A stretch of 64,000 nucleotides of DNA from Antedon mediterranea. Lineage: Eukaryota > Animalia > Echinodermata. The DNA lies in contig NC_092680.1 in the NCBI RefSeq assembly GCF_964355755.1, forward strand, positions 11,532,001-11,596,000, written 5' to 3'. How positions within the stretch are numbered: the first letter of the stretch is position 1; each line of letters begins with the position of its first letter. The translations under genes and the position numbers were made by a program. The notes beneath the pieces were generated by a model that was given only the letters and a program-made list of their open reading frames with translations, did no database searches and had not been told where the DNA came from. Of this stretch, positions 25,371 to 38,829 are shown one piece after another.

Positions 25371-28300
25371 TCGAAAATCACAACATGGTCTAAAACGTCT
25401 CCAAATGCGATTTGAAGCTTTTCTAAGCACTTTGGTGTTTTTATGTTAACAAGTTTTTTCGAAAATCACAAAATGGTCTAAAACGTCTCCAAATGCGATT
25501 TGAAGCTCTTCTGTACACTTTGATGTTTTGTTTGAAAAAGTTTTGTCGAAATTTTCAAAATGGTCTAAAACGTTTTTAAATACGATATTAAGCTGTTTTG
25601 TGCACTTTGATGATTTGTGTGAAAAGTTTTAACGAAATGCTCAAAATGGTCTAAAACGGTTTCTAATGTGATTTTAAGCACTTTGATGTTTTTGTGTAAC
25701 CAAGTTTTTTCGAAAATCACAAAATAGTCTAAAACGTCTCCAAATGCGATTTGAAGCTTTTCTAAGCACTTTGGTGTTTTTATGTTAACAAGTTTTTTCG
25801 AAAATCACAAAATGGTCTAAAACGTCTCCAAATGCGATTTGAGGATATTCTGAGCACTTTGGTGTTTTTTTGTTAAAAAGTTTTTTCGAAAATCACAAAA
25901 TGGTCTAAAACGTCTCCAAATGCGATTTGAAGCTATTCTGTACACTTTGATGTTTTGTGTGAAAAAGTTTTGTCGAAATGCTCAAAATGGTCTAAAACGT
26001 TTTTAAATACGATATTAAGCTATTTTGTGATCTTTGATGTTTTTGTGTGAAAAGTTTTATCGAAATGCTCAAAATGGTCTAAAACGTTTTTAAAACGATA
26101 TTAAGCTATTTTGTGCTCTTTGATGTTTTTGTGTAACCAAGTTTCATCGAAAATCACAAAATGGTCTAAAACGTCGCCAAATGCGATTTGAAGCTTTTCT
26201 AAGCACTTTGGTGTTTTTATGTTAACAAGTTTTTTTGAAAATCACGAAATGGTCTAAAATATCTCCAAATGCGATTTGAAGATATTCTGAGCACTTTGGT
26301 GTTTTTATGTTAAAAAGTTTTTTCGAAAATCACAAAATGGTCTAAAACGTCTCCAAACGCGATTTGAAGCTCTTCTGTACACTTTGATGTTTTGTGTGAA
26401 AAAGTTTTGTCGAAATTCTCAAAATGGTCTAAAACGTTTTTAAATACGATATTAAGCTGTTTTGTGCACTTTGATGATTTGTGTGAAAAGTTTTAACGAA
26501 ATGCTCAAAATGGTCAAAAACGGTTTCTAATGTGATTTTAAGCACTTTGATGTTTTTGTGTAACCAAGTTTTTTCAAAAATCACAAAATGGTCTAAAACG
26601 TCTCCAAATGCGATTTGAAGCTTTTCTAAGCACTTTGGTGTTTTTATGTTAACAAGTTTTTTCGAAAATCACAAAATGGTCTAAAACGTCTCCAAATGCG
26701 ATTTGAAGATATTCTGAGCACTTTGGTGTTTTTATGTTAAAAAGTTTTTTCGAAAATCACAAAATAGTCTAAAACGTCTCCAAATGCGATTTGAAGCTAT
26801 TCTGTACACTTTGATGTTTTGTGTGAAAAAGTTTTGTCGAAATGCTCAAAATGGTCTAAAACGTTTTTAAAACGATATTATTAAACTATTTTGTGCTCTT
26901 TGATGTTTTTGTGTAACCAAGTTTCATCGAAAATCACAAAATGGTCTAAAACGTCTCAAAATGCGATTTGAAGCTTTTCTAAGCACTTTGGTGTTTTTAT
27001 CTTAACAAGTTTTTTCGAAAATCACGAAATGGTCTAAAATGTCTCCAAATGCGATTTGAAGATATTCTGAGCACTTTGGTGTTTTTATGTTAAAAAGTTT
27101 TTTCGAAAATCACAAAATGGTCTAAAACGTCTCCAAATGCGATTTGAAGCTCTTCTGTACACTTTGATGTTTTGTGTGAAAAAGTTTTGTCGAAATGCTC
27201 AAAATGGTCTAAAACGTTTTTAAATACGATATTAAGCTGTTTTGTGCACTTTGATGATTTGTGTGAAAAGTTTTAACGAAATGCTCAAAATGGTCTAAAA
27301 CGGTTTCTAATGTGATTTTAAGCACTTTGATGTTTTTGTGTAACCAAGTTTTTTCGAAAATCACAAAATAGTCTAAAACGTCTCCAAATGCGATTTGAAG
27401 CTTTTCTAAGCACTTTGGTGTTTTTATGTTAACAAGTTTTTTCGAAAATCACAAAATAGTCTAAAACGTCTCCAAATGCGATTTGAGGATATTCTGAGCA
27501 CTTTGGTGTTTTTTTGTTAAAAAGTTTTTTCGAAAATCACAAAATGGTCTAAAACGTCTCCAAATGCGATTTGAAGCTATTCTGTACACTTTGATGTTTT
27601 GTGTGAAAAAGTTTTGTCGAAATGCTCAAAATGGTCTAAAACGTTTTTAAATACGATATTAAGCTATTTTGTGATCTTTGATGTTTTTGTGTGAAAAGTT
27701 TTATCGAAATGCTCAAAATGGTCTAAAACGGTTTCTATTGTGATTTTGAGCACTTTGATGATTTTGTGTAACCAAGTTTCATCGAAATGTACAAAATGGT
27801 CTAAAACGTCTCCAAATGCGATTTGAAGCTATTCTAAGTACTTTTGTGTTTTTATGTTAACAAGTTTTTTCGAAAATCACAAAATGGTCTAAAACGTCTC
27901 AAAATGCGATTTGAAGCTATTCTGTACACTTTGATGTTTTGTGTGAAAAAGTTTTTTCGAAATGCTCAAAATGGTCTAAAACGTTTTTAAAACGATATTA
28001 AGCTATTTTGTGCTCTTTGATGTTTTTGTGTAACCAAGTTTCATCGAAATCAACAAAATGGTCTAATACGTCTCCAAATGCGATTTGAAGCTTTTCCAAG
28101 CTTTTTGCTGTTTTTATGTTAAGTTTTTTCGAAAATCACAAAATGGTCTAAAACGTCTTCAAATGCGATTTGAAGCTATTCTGTACACTTTGATGTTTTG
28201 TGTGAAAAAGTTTTGTCGAAATGCTCAAAATGGTCTAAAACGTTTTTAAATACGATATTAAGCTATTTTGTGATCTTTGATGTTTTTGTGTGAAAAGTTT

Positions 28301-31300
28301 TATCAAAATGCTCAAAATGGTCTGAAACGGTTTCTAATGCGATTTGAAGCTATTCTGTACACTTTGAAGTTTTGTGTGAAAAAGTTTTCTCGAAATGCTC
28401 AAAATGGTCTAAAACGTTTTTATATACCATATTAAGCTATTTTGTGCACTTTGATGTTTTTTTTGAAAAGTTTTATCGAAATGCTCAAAATGGTCTAAAA
28501 CGGTTTCTATTGGGATTTTAAGCACTATGATGATTTTGTGTAACCAAGTTTCATCGAAAATCACAAAATGGTCTAAAACGTCTCCAAATGCGATTTGAAG
28601 CTTTTCTAAGCACTTTTGTGTTTTTATGTTAACAAGTTTTTTCGAAAATCACAAAATGGTCTAAAACGTCTTCAAATGCGATTTGAAGCTATTCTGTACA
28701 CTTTTATGTTTTGTGTGAAAAAGTTTTGTCGAAATTCTCAAAATGGTCTAAAACGTTTTTAAATACGATATTAAGCTGTTTTGTGCACTTTGATGATTTG
28801 TGTGAAAAGTTTTAACGAAATGCTCAAAATGGTCTAAAACGGTTTCTAATGTGATTTTAAGCACTTTGATGTTTTTGTGTAACCAAGTTTTTTCGAAAAT
28901 CACAAAATAGTCTAAAACGTCTCCAAATGCGATTTGAAGCTTTTCTAAGCACTTTGGTGTTTTTATGTTAACAAGTTTTTTCGAAAATCACAAAATGGTC
29001 TAAAACGTCTCCAAATGCGATTTGAGGATATTCTGAGCACTTTGGTGTTTTTTTGTTAAAAAGTTTTTTCGAAAATAACAAAATGGTCTAAAACGTCTCC
29101 AAATGCGATTTGAAGCTATTCTGTACACTTTGATGTTTTGTGTGAAAAAGTTTTGTCGAAATGCTCAAAATGGTCTAAAACGTTTTTAAATACGATATTA
29201 AGCTATTTTGTGATCTTTGATGTTTTTTTTGAAAAGTTTTATCGAAATGCTCAAAATGGTCTAAAACGGTTTCTATTGGGATTTTAAGCACTTTGATGAT
29301 TTTGTGTAACCAAGTTTCATCGAAATGTACAAAATGGTCTAAAACGTCTCCAAATGCGATTTGAAGCTATTCTAAGTACTTTTGTGTTTTTATGTTAACA
29401 AGTTTTTTCGAAAATCACAAAATGGTCTAAAACGTCTTCAAATGCGATTTCAAGCTATTCTGTACACTTTGATGTTTTGTGTGAAAAAGTTTTGTCGAAT
29501 TGCTCAAAATGGTCAAAAACGGTTTCTAATGTGGTTTTAAGCACTTTGATGTTTTTTTTTAACCAAGTTTTTTAAAAAATCACAAAATGGTCTAAAACGT
29601 CTCCAAATGCAATTTGAAGATATTCTGAGCACTTTGGTGTTTTTATGTTAAAAAGTTTTTTTGAAAATCACAAAATAGTCTAAAACGTCTCAAAATGCGA
29701 TTTGAAGCTATTCTGTACACTTTGATGTTTTGTGTGAAAAAGTTTTGTCGAAATGCTCAAAATGGTCTAAAACGTTTTTAAAACGATATTAAGCTATTTT
29801 GTGCTCTTTGATGTTTTTGTGTAACCAAGTTTCATCGAAAATCACAAAATGGTCTAAAACGTCTCCAAATGCGATTTGAAGCTTTTCTAAGCACTTTGGT
29901 GTTTTTATGTTAACAAGTTTTTTCGAAAATCACGAAATGGTCTAAAATGTCTCCAAATGCGATTTGAAGATATTCTGAGCACTTTGGTGTTTTTATGTTA
30001 AAACGTTTTTTCGAAAATCACAAAATGGTCTAAAACGTTTTTAAATACGATATTAAGCTATTTTGTGATCTTTGATGTTTTTGTGTGAAAAGTTTTACCG
30101 AAATGCTCAAAATGGTCTAAAACGGTTTCTAATGCATTTGAAGCTATTCTGTACACTTTGAAGTTTTTTGTGAAAAAGTTTTCTCGAAATGCTCAAAATG
30201 GTCTAAAACGTTTTTATATACCATATTAAGCTATTTTGTGCACTTTGATGTTTTTTGTGAAAAGTTTTATCGAAATTCTCAAAATGGTCTAAAACGGTTT
30301 CTATTGTGATTTTAAGCACTTTGATGATTTTGTGTAACCAAGTTTCATCGAAATGTACAAAATGGTCTAAAACGTCTCCAAATGCGATTTGAAGCTATTC
30401 TAAGTACTTTTGTGTTTTTATGTTAACAAGTTTTTTCGAAAATCACGAAATGGTCTAAAATGTCTCCAAATGCGATTTGAAGATATTCTGAGCACTTTGG
30501 TGTTTTTATGTTAAAAAGTTTTTTCGAAAATCACAAAATAGTCTAAAACGTCTCCAAATGCGATTTGAAGCTATTCTGTACACTTTGATGTGTTGTGTGA
30601 AAAAGTTTTGTCGAAATGCTCAAAATGGTCTAAAACGTTTTTAAAACGATATTAAGCTATTTTGTGCTCTTTGATGTTTTTGTGTAACCAAGTTTCATCG
30701 AAAATCACAAAATGGTCTAAAACGTCTCAAAATGCGATTTGAAGCTTTTCTAAGCACTTTGGTGTTTTTATGTTAACAAGTTTTTTTCGAAAATCACGAA
30801 ATGGTCTAAAATGTCTCCAAATGCGATTTGAAGATATTCTGAGCACTTTGGTGTTTTTATGTTAAAAAGTTTTTTCGAAAATCACAAAATGGTCTAAAAC
30901 GTCTCCAAATGCGATTTGAAGCTCTTCTGTACACTTTGATGTTTTGTGTGAAAAAGTTTTGTCGAAATGCTCAAAATGGTCTAAAACGTTTTTAAATACG
31001 ATATTAAGCTGTTTTGTGCACTTTGATGATTTGTGTGAAAAGTTTTAACGAAATGCTCAAAATGGTCTAAAACGGTTTCTAATGTGATTTTAAGCACTTT
31101 GATGTTTTTGTGTAACCAAGTTTTTTCGAAAATCACAAAATAGTCTAAAACGTCTCCAAATGCGATTTGAAGCTTTTCTAAGCACTTTGGTGTTTTTATG
31201 TTAACAAGTTTTTTCGAAAATCACAAAATGGTCTAAAACGTCTCCAAATGCGATTTGAGGATATTCTGAGCACTTTGGTGTTTTTTTGTTAAAAAGTTTT

Positions 31301-33749
31301 TTCGAAAATCACAAAATGGTCTAAAACGTCTCCAAATGCGATTTGAAGCTATTCTGTACACTTTGATGTTTTGTGTGAAAAAGTTTTGTCGAAATGCTCA
31401 AAATGGTCTAAAACGTTTTTAAATACGATATTAGGCTATTTTGTGATCTTTGATGTTTTTGTGTGAAAAGTTTTATCGAAATGCTCAAAATGGTCTAAAA
31501 CGGTTTCTATTGTTATTTTAAGCACTTTGATGATTTTGTGTAACCAAGTTTCATCGAAATGTACAAAATGGTCTAAAACGTCTCCAAATGCGATTTGAAG
31601 CTATTCTAAGTACTTTTGTGTTTTTATGTTAACAAGTTTTTTCGAAAATCACAAAATGGTCTAGAACGTCTTCAAATGCGATTTGAAGCTATTCTGTACA
31701 CTTTGATGTTTTGTGTGAAAAAGTTTTGTCAAAATGCTCAAAATGGTCTAAAACGTTTTTAAAACGATATTAAGCTATTTTGTGCTCTTTGATGTTTTTG
31801 TGTAACCAAGTTTCATCGAAAATCACAAAATGGTCTAAAACGTCTCCAAATGCGATTTGAAGCTTTTCTAAGCACTTTGGTGTTTTTATGTTAACAAGTT
31901 TTTTTCGAAAATCACAAAATGGTCTAAAACGTCTCCAAATGCGATTTGAAGCTCTTCTGTACACTTTGATGTTTTGTGTGAAAAAGTTTTGTCGAAATTC
32001 TCAAAATGGTCTAAAACGTTTTTAAATACGATATTAAGCTGTTTTGTGCACTTTGATGATTTGTGTGAAAAGTTTTAACGAAATGCTCAAAATGGTCAAA
32101 AACGGTTTTTAATGTGATTTTAAGCACTTTGATGTTTTTGTGTAACCAAGTTTTTTCGAAAATCACAAAATGGTCTAAAACGTCTCCAAATGCGATTTGA
32201 AGCTTTTCTAAGCACTTTGGTGTTTTTATGTTAACAAGTTTTTTCGAAAATCACAAAATGGTCTAAAACGTCTCCAAATGCGATTTGAAGATATTCTGAG
32301 CACTTTGGTGTTTTTATGTTAAAAAGTTTTTTCGAAAATCACAAAATGGTCTAAAACGTCTTCAAATGCGATTTGAAGCTATTCTGTACACTTTGATGTT
32401 TTGTGTGAAAAAGTTTTGTCGAAATGCTCAAAATGGTCTAAAACGGTTTCTAATGCGATTTGAAGCTATTCTGTACACTTTGAAGTTTTGTGTGAAAAAG
32501 TTTTGTCGAAATGCTCAAAATGGTCTAAAACGTTTTTAAATACGATATTAAGCTATTTTGTGATCTTTGATGTTTTTGTGTGAAAAGTTTTATCGAAATG
32601 CTCAAAATGGTCTAAAACGTTTTTAAAACGATATTAAGCTATTTTGTGCTCTTTGATGTTTTTGTGTAACCAAGTTTCATCGAAAATCACAAAATGGTCT
32701 AAAACGTCGCCAAATGCGATTTGAAGCTTTTCTAAGCACTTTGGTGTTTTTATGTTAACAAGTTTTTTCGAAAATCACGAAATGGTCTAAAATATCTCCA
32801 AATGCGATTTGAAGATATTCTGAGCACTTTGGTGTTTTTATGTTAAAAAGTTTTTTCGAAAATCACAAAATGGTCTAAAACGTCTCCAAACGCGATTTGA
32901 AGCTCTTCTGTACACTTTGATGTTTCGTGTGAAAAAGTTTTGTCGAAATTCTCAAAATGGTCTAAAAGGTTTTTAAATACGATATTAAGCTGTTTTGTGC
33001 ACTTTGATGATTTGTGTGAAAAGTTTTAACTAAATGCTCAAAATGGTCAAAAACGGTTTCTAATGTGATTTTAAGCACTTTGATGTTTTTGTGTAACCAA
33101 GTTTTTTCAAAAATCACAAAATGGTCTAAAACGTCTCCAAATGCGATTTGAAGCTTTTCTAAGCACTTTGGTGTTTTTATGTTAACAAGTTTTTTCGAAA
33201 ATCACAAAATGGTCTAAAACGTCTCCAAATGCGATTTGAAGATATTCTGAGCACTTTGGTGTTTTTATGTTAAAAAGTTTTTTCGAAAATCACAAAATAG
33301 TCTAAAACGTCTCCAAATGCGATTTGAAGCTATTCTGTACACTTTGATGTTTTGTGTGAAAAAGTTTTGTCGAAATGCTCAAAATGGTCTAAAACGTTTT
33401 TAAAACGATATTATTAAGCTATTTTGTGCTCTTTGATTTTTTTGTGTAACCAAGTTTCATCGAAAATCACAAAATGGTCTAAAACGTCTCAAAATGCGAT
33501 TTGAAGCTTTTCTAAGCACTTTGGTGTTTTTATCTTAACAAGTTTTTTCGAAAATCACGAAATGGTCTAAAATGTCTCCAAATGCGATTTGAAGATATTC
33601 TGAGCACTTTGGTGTTTTTATGTTAAAAAGTTTTTTCGAAAATCACAAAATGGTCTAAAACGTCTCCAAATGCGATTTGAAGCTATTCTGTACACTTTGA
33701 TGTTTTGTGTGAAAAAGTTTTGTCGAAATTCTCAAAATGGTCTAAAACG

Positions 33750-36700
33750 TTTTTAAATACGATATTAAGCTGTTTTGTGCACTTTGATGATTTGTGTGAA
33801 AAGTTTTAACGAAATGCTCAAAATGGTCTAAAACGGTTTCTAATGTGATTTTAAGCACTTTGATGTTTTTGTGTAACCAAGTTTTTTCGAAAATCACAAA
33901 ATAGTCTAAAACGTCTCCAAATGCGATTTGAAGCTTTTCTAAGCACTTTGGTGTTTTTATGTTAACAAGTTTTTTCGAAAATCACAAAATGGTCTAAAAC
34001 GTCTCCAAATGCGATTTGAGGATATTCTGAGCACTTTGGTGTTTTTTTGTTAAAAAGTTTTTTCGAAAATAACAAAATGGTCTAAAACGTCTCCAAATGC
34101 GATTTGAAGCTATTCTGTACACTTTGATGTTTTGTGTGAAAAAGTTTTGTCGAAATGCTCAAAATGGTCTAAAACGTTTTTAAATACGATATTAAGCTAT
34201 TTTGTGATCTTTGATGTTTTTGTGTGAAAAGTTTTATCGAAATGCTCAAAATGGTCTAAAACGGTTTCTATTGTGATTTTAAGCACTTTGATGATTTTGT
34301 GTAACCAAGTTTCATCGAAATGTACAAAATGGTCTAAAACGTCTCCAAATGCGATTTGAAGCTATTCTAAGTACTTTTGTGTTTTTATGTTAACAAGTTT
34401 TTTCGAAAATCACAAAATGGTCTAAAACGTCTTCAAATGCGATTTGAAGCTATTCTGTACACTTTGATGTTTTGTGTGAAAAAGTTTTGTCAAAATGCTC
34501 AAAATGGTCTAAAACGTTTTTAAAACGATATTAAGCTATTTTGTGCTCTTTGATGTTTTTGTGTAACCAAGTTTCAACGAAAATCACAAAATGGTCTAAA
34601 ACGTCTCCAAATGCGATTTGAAGCTTTTCTAAGCACTTTGGTGTTTTTATGTTAACAAGTTTTTTCGAAAATCACAAAATGGTCTAAAACGTCTCCAAAT
34701 GCGATTTGAAGCTCTTCTGTACACTTTGATGTTTTGTGTGAAAAAGTTTTGTCGAAATTCTCAAAATGGTCTAAAAGGTTTTTAAATACGATATTAAGCT
34801 GTTTTGTGCACTTTGATGATTTGTGTGAAAAGTTTTAACGAAATGCTCAAAATGGTCTAAAACGGTTTCTAATGTGATTTTAAGCACTTTGATGTTTTTG
34901 TGTAACCAAGTTTTTTCGAAAATCACAAAATGGTCTAATACGTCTCCAAATGCGATTTGAAGCTTTTCCAAGCACTTTGCTGTTTTTATGTTAAGTTTTT
35001 TCGAAAATCACAAAATGGTCTAAAACGTCTTCAAATGCGATTTGAAGCTATTCTGTACACTTTGATGTTTTGTGTGAAAAAGTTGTGTCGAAATGCTCAA
35101 AATGGTCTAAAACGTTTTTAAATACGATATTAAGCTATTTTGTGATCTTTGATGTTTTTGTGTGAAAAGTTTTATCAAAATGCTCAAAATGGTCTGAAAC
35201 GGTTTCTAATGCGATTTGAAGCTATTCTGTACACTTTGAAGTTTTGTGTGAAAAAGTTTTCTCGAAATGCTCAAAATGGTCTAAAACGTTTTTATATACC
35301 ATATTAAGCTATTTTGTGCACTTTGATGTTTTTTTTGAAAAGTTTTATCGAAATGCTCAAAATGGTCTAAAACGGTTTCTATTGGGATTTTAAGCACTTT
35401 GATGATTTTGTGTAACCAAGTTTCATCGAAATGTACAAAATGGTCTAAAACGTCTCCAAATGCGATTTGAAGCTATTCTAAGTACTTTTGTGTTTTTATG
35501 TTAACAAGTTTTTTCGAAAATCACAAAATGGTCTAAAACGTCTTCAAATGCGATTTGAAGCTATTCTGTACACTTTGATGTTTTGTGTGAAAAAGTTTTG
35601 TCGAAATGCTCAAAATGGTCAAAAACGGTTTCTAATGTGATTTTAAGCACTTTGATGTTTTTGTGTAACCAAGTTTTTTAAAAAATCACAAAATGGTCTA
35701 AAACGTCTCCAAATGCGATTTGAAGCTTTTCTAAGCACTTTGGTGTTTTTATGTTAACAAGTTTTTTCGAAAATCACAAAATGGTCTAAAACGTCTATAA
35801 ATGCGATTTGAAGATATTCTGAGCACTTTGGTGTTTTTATGTTAAAAAGTTTTTTCGAAAATCACAAAATAGTCTAAAACGTCTCAAAATGCGATTTGAA
35901 GCTATTCTGTACACTTTGATGTTTTGTGTGAAAAAGTTTTGTCGAAATGCTCAAAATGGTCTAAAACGTTTTTAAAACGATATTAAGCTATTTTGTGCTC
36001 TTTGATGTTTTTGTGTAACCAAGTTTCATCGAAAATCACAAAATGGTCTAAAACATCTCCAAATGCGATTTGAAGCTTTTCTAAGCACTTTGGTGTTTTT
36101 ATGTTAACAAGTTTTTTCGAAAATCACGAAATGGTCTAAAATGTCTCCAAATGCGATTTGAAGATATTCTGAGCACTTTGGTGTTTTTATGTTAAAACGT
36201 TTTTTCGAAAATCAAAAAATGGTCTAAAACGTTTTTAAATACGATATTAAGCTATTTTGTGATCTTTGATGTTTTTGTGTGAAAAGTTTTATCGAAATGC
36301 TCAAAATGGTCTAAAACGGTTTCTAATGCGATTTGAAGCTATTCTGTACACTTTGAAGTTTTTTGTGAAAAAGTTTTCTCGAAATGCTCAAAATGGTCTA
36401 AAACGTTTTTATATACCATATTAAGCTATTTTGTGCACTTTGATGTTTTTTGTGAAAAGTTTTATCAAAATTCTCAAAATGGTCTAAAACGGTTTCTATT
36501 GTGATTTTAAGCACTTTGATGATTTTGTGTAACCAAGTTTCATCGAAATGTACAAAATGGTCTAAAACGTCTCCAAATGCGATTTGAAGCTATTCTAAGT
36601 ACTTTTGTGTTTTTATGTTAACAAGTTTTTTCGAAAATCACGAAATGGTCTAAAATGTCTCCAAATGCGATTTGAAGATATTCTGAGCACTTTGGTGTTT

Positions 36701-37100
36701 TTATGTTAAAAAGTTTTTTCGAAAATCACAAAATAGTCTAAAACGTCTCCAAATGCGATTTGAAGCTATTCTGTACACTTTGATGTTTTGTGTGAAAAAG
36801 TTTTGTCGAAATGCTCAAAATGGTCTAAAACGTTTTTAAAACGATATTAAGCTATTTTGTGCTCTTTGATGTTTTTGTGTAACCAAGTTTCATCGAAAAT
36901 CACAAAATGGTCTAAAACGTCTCAAAATGCGATTTGAAGCTTTTCTAAGCACTTTGGTGTTTTTATGTTAACAAGTTTTTTCGAAAATCACGAAATGGTC
37001 TAAAATGTCTCCAAATGCGATTTGAAGATATTCTGAGCACTTTGGTGTTTTTATGTTAAAAAGTTTTTTCGAAAATCACAAAATGGTCTAAAACGTCTCC
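33750..37100 (+). repeat. Dispersed copy of ~45690-48960 (offset 11938, then 11856)
   Basis: Markers gaaaatAac (~34071/46009), tttcaAcg (34576/46514), the ORF pair 34771/46709 and gttaaaaCgttt (36198/48054). Confidence 0.82.
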
Positions 37101-38829
37101 AAATGCGATTTGAAGCTATTCTGTACACTTTGATGTTTTGTGTGAAAAAGTTTTGTCGAAATGCTCAAAATGGTCTAAAACGTTTTTAAATACGATATTA
37201 AGCTATTTTGTGATCTTTGATGTTTTTGTGTGAAAAGTTTTATCGAAATGCTCAAAATGGTCTAAAACGTTTTTAAAACGATATTAAGCTATTTTGTGCT
37301 CTTTGATGTTTTTGTGTAACCAAGTTTCATCGAAAATCACAAAATGGTCTAAAACGTCGCCAAATGCGATTTGAAGCTTTTCTAAGCACTTTGGTGTTTT
37401 TATGTTAACAAGTTTTTTCGAAAATCACGAAATGGTCTAAAATATCTCCAAATGCGATTTGAAGATATTCTGAGCACTTTGGTGTTTTTATGTTAAAAAG
37501 TTTTTCGAAAATCACAAAATGGTCTAAAACGTCTCCAAACGCGATTTGAAGCTCTTCTGTACACTTTGATGTTTTGTGTGAAAAAGTTTTGTCGAAATTC
37601 TCAAAATGGTCTAAAACGTTTTTAAATACGATATTAAGCTGTTTTGTGCACTTTGATGATTTGTGTGAAAAGTTTTAACGAAATGCTCAAAATGGTCAAA
37701 AACGGTTTCTAATGTGATTTTAAGCACTTTGATGTTTTTGTGTAACCAAGTTTTTTCAAAAATCACAAAATGGTCTAAAACGTCTCCAAATGCGATTTGA
37801 AGCTTTTCTAAGCACTTTGGTGTTTTTATGTTAACAAGTTTTTTCGAAAATCACAAAATGGTCTAAAACGTCTCCAAATGCGATTTGAAGATATTCTGAG
37901 CACTTTGGTGTTTTTATGTTAAAAAGTTTTTTCGAAAATCACAAAATAGTCTAAAACGTCTCCAAATGCGATTTGAAGCTATTCTGTACACTTTGATGTT
38001 TTGTGTGAAAAAGTTTTGTCGAAATGCTCAAAATGGTCTAAAACGTTTTTAAAACGATATTATTAAGCTATTTTGTGCTCTTTGATGTTTTTGTGTAACC
38101 AAGTTTCATCGAAAATCACAAAATGGTCTAAAACGTCTCAAAATGCGATTTGAAGCTTTTCTAAGCACTTTGGTGTTTTTATCTTAACAAGTTTTTTCGA
38201 AAATCACGAAATGGTCTAAAATGTCTCCAAATGCGATTTGAAGATATTCTGAGCACTTTGGTGTTTTTATGTTGAAAAGTTTTTTCGAAAATCACAAAAT
38301 GGTCTAAAACGTCTCCAAATGCGATTTGAAGCTCTTCTGTACACTTTGATGTTTTGTGTGAAAAAGTTTTGTCGAAATGCTCAAAATGGTCTAAAACGTT
38401 TTTAAATACGATATTAAGCTGTTTTGTGCACTTTGATGATTTGTGTGAAAAGTTTTAACGAAATGCTCAAAATGGTCTAAAACGGTTTCTAATGTGATTT
38501 TAAGCACTTTGATGTTTTTGTGTAACCAAGTTTTTTCGAAAATCACAAAATAGTCTAAAACGTCTCCAAATGCGATTTGAAGCTTTTCTAAGCACTTTGG
38601 TGTTTTTATGTTAACAAGTTTTTTCGAAAATCACAAAATGGTCTAAAACGTCTCCAAATGCGATTTGAGGATATTCTGAGCACTTTGGTGTTTTTTTGTT
38701 AAAAAGTTTTTTCGAAAATCACAAAATGGTCTAAAACGTCTCCAAATGCGATTTGAAGCTATTCTGTACACTTTGATGTTTTGTGTGAAAAAGTTTTGTC
38801 GAAATGCTCAAAATGGTCTAAAACGTTTT

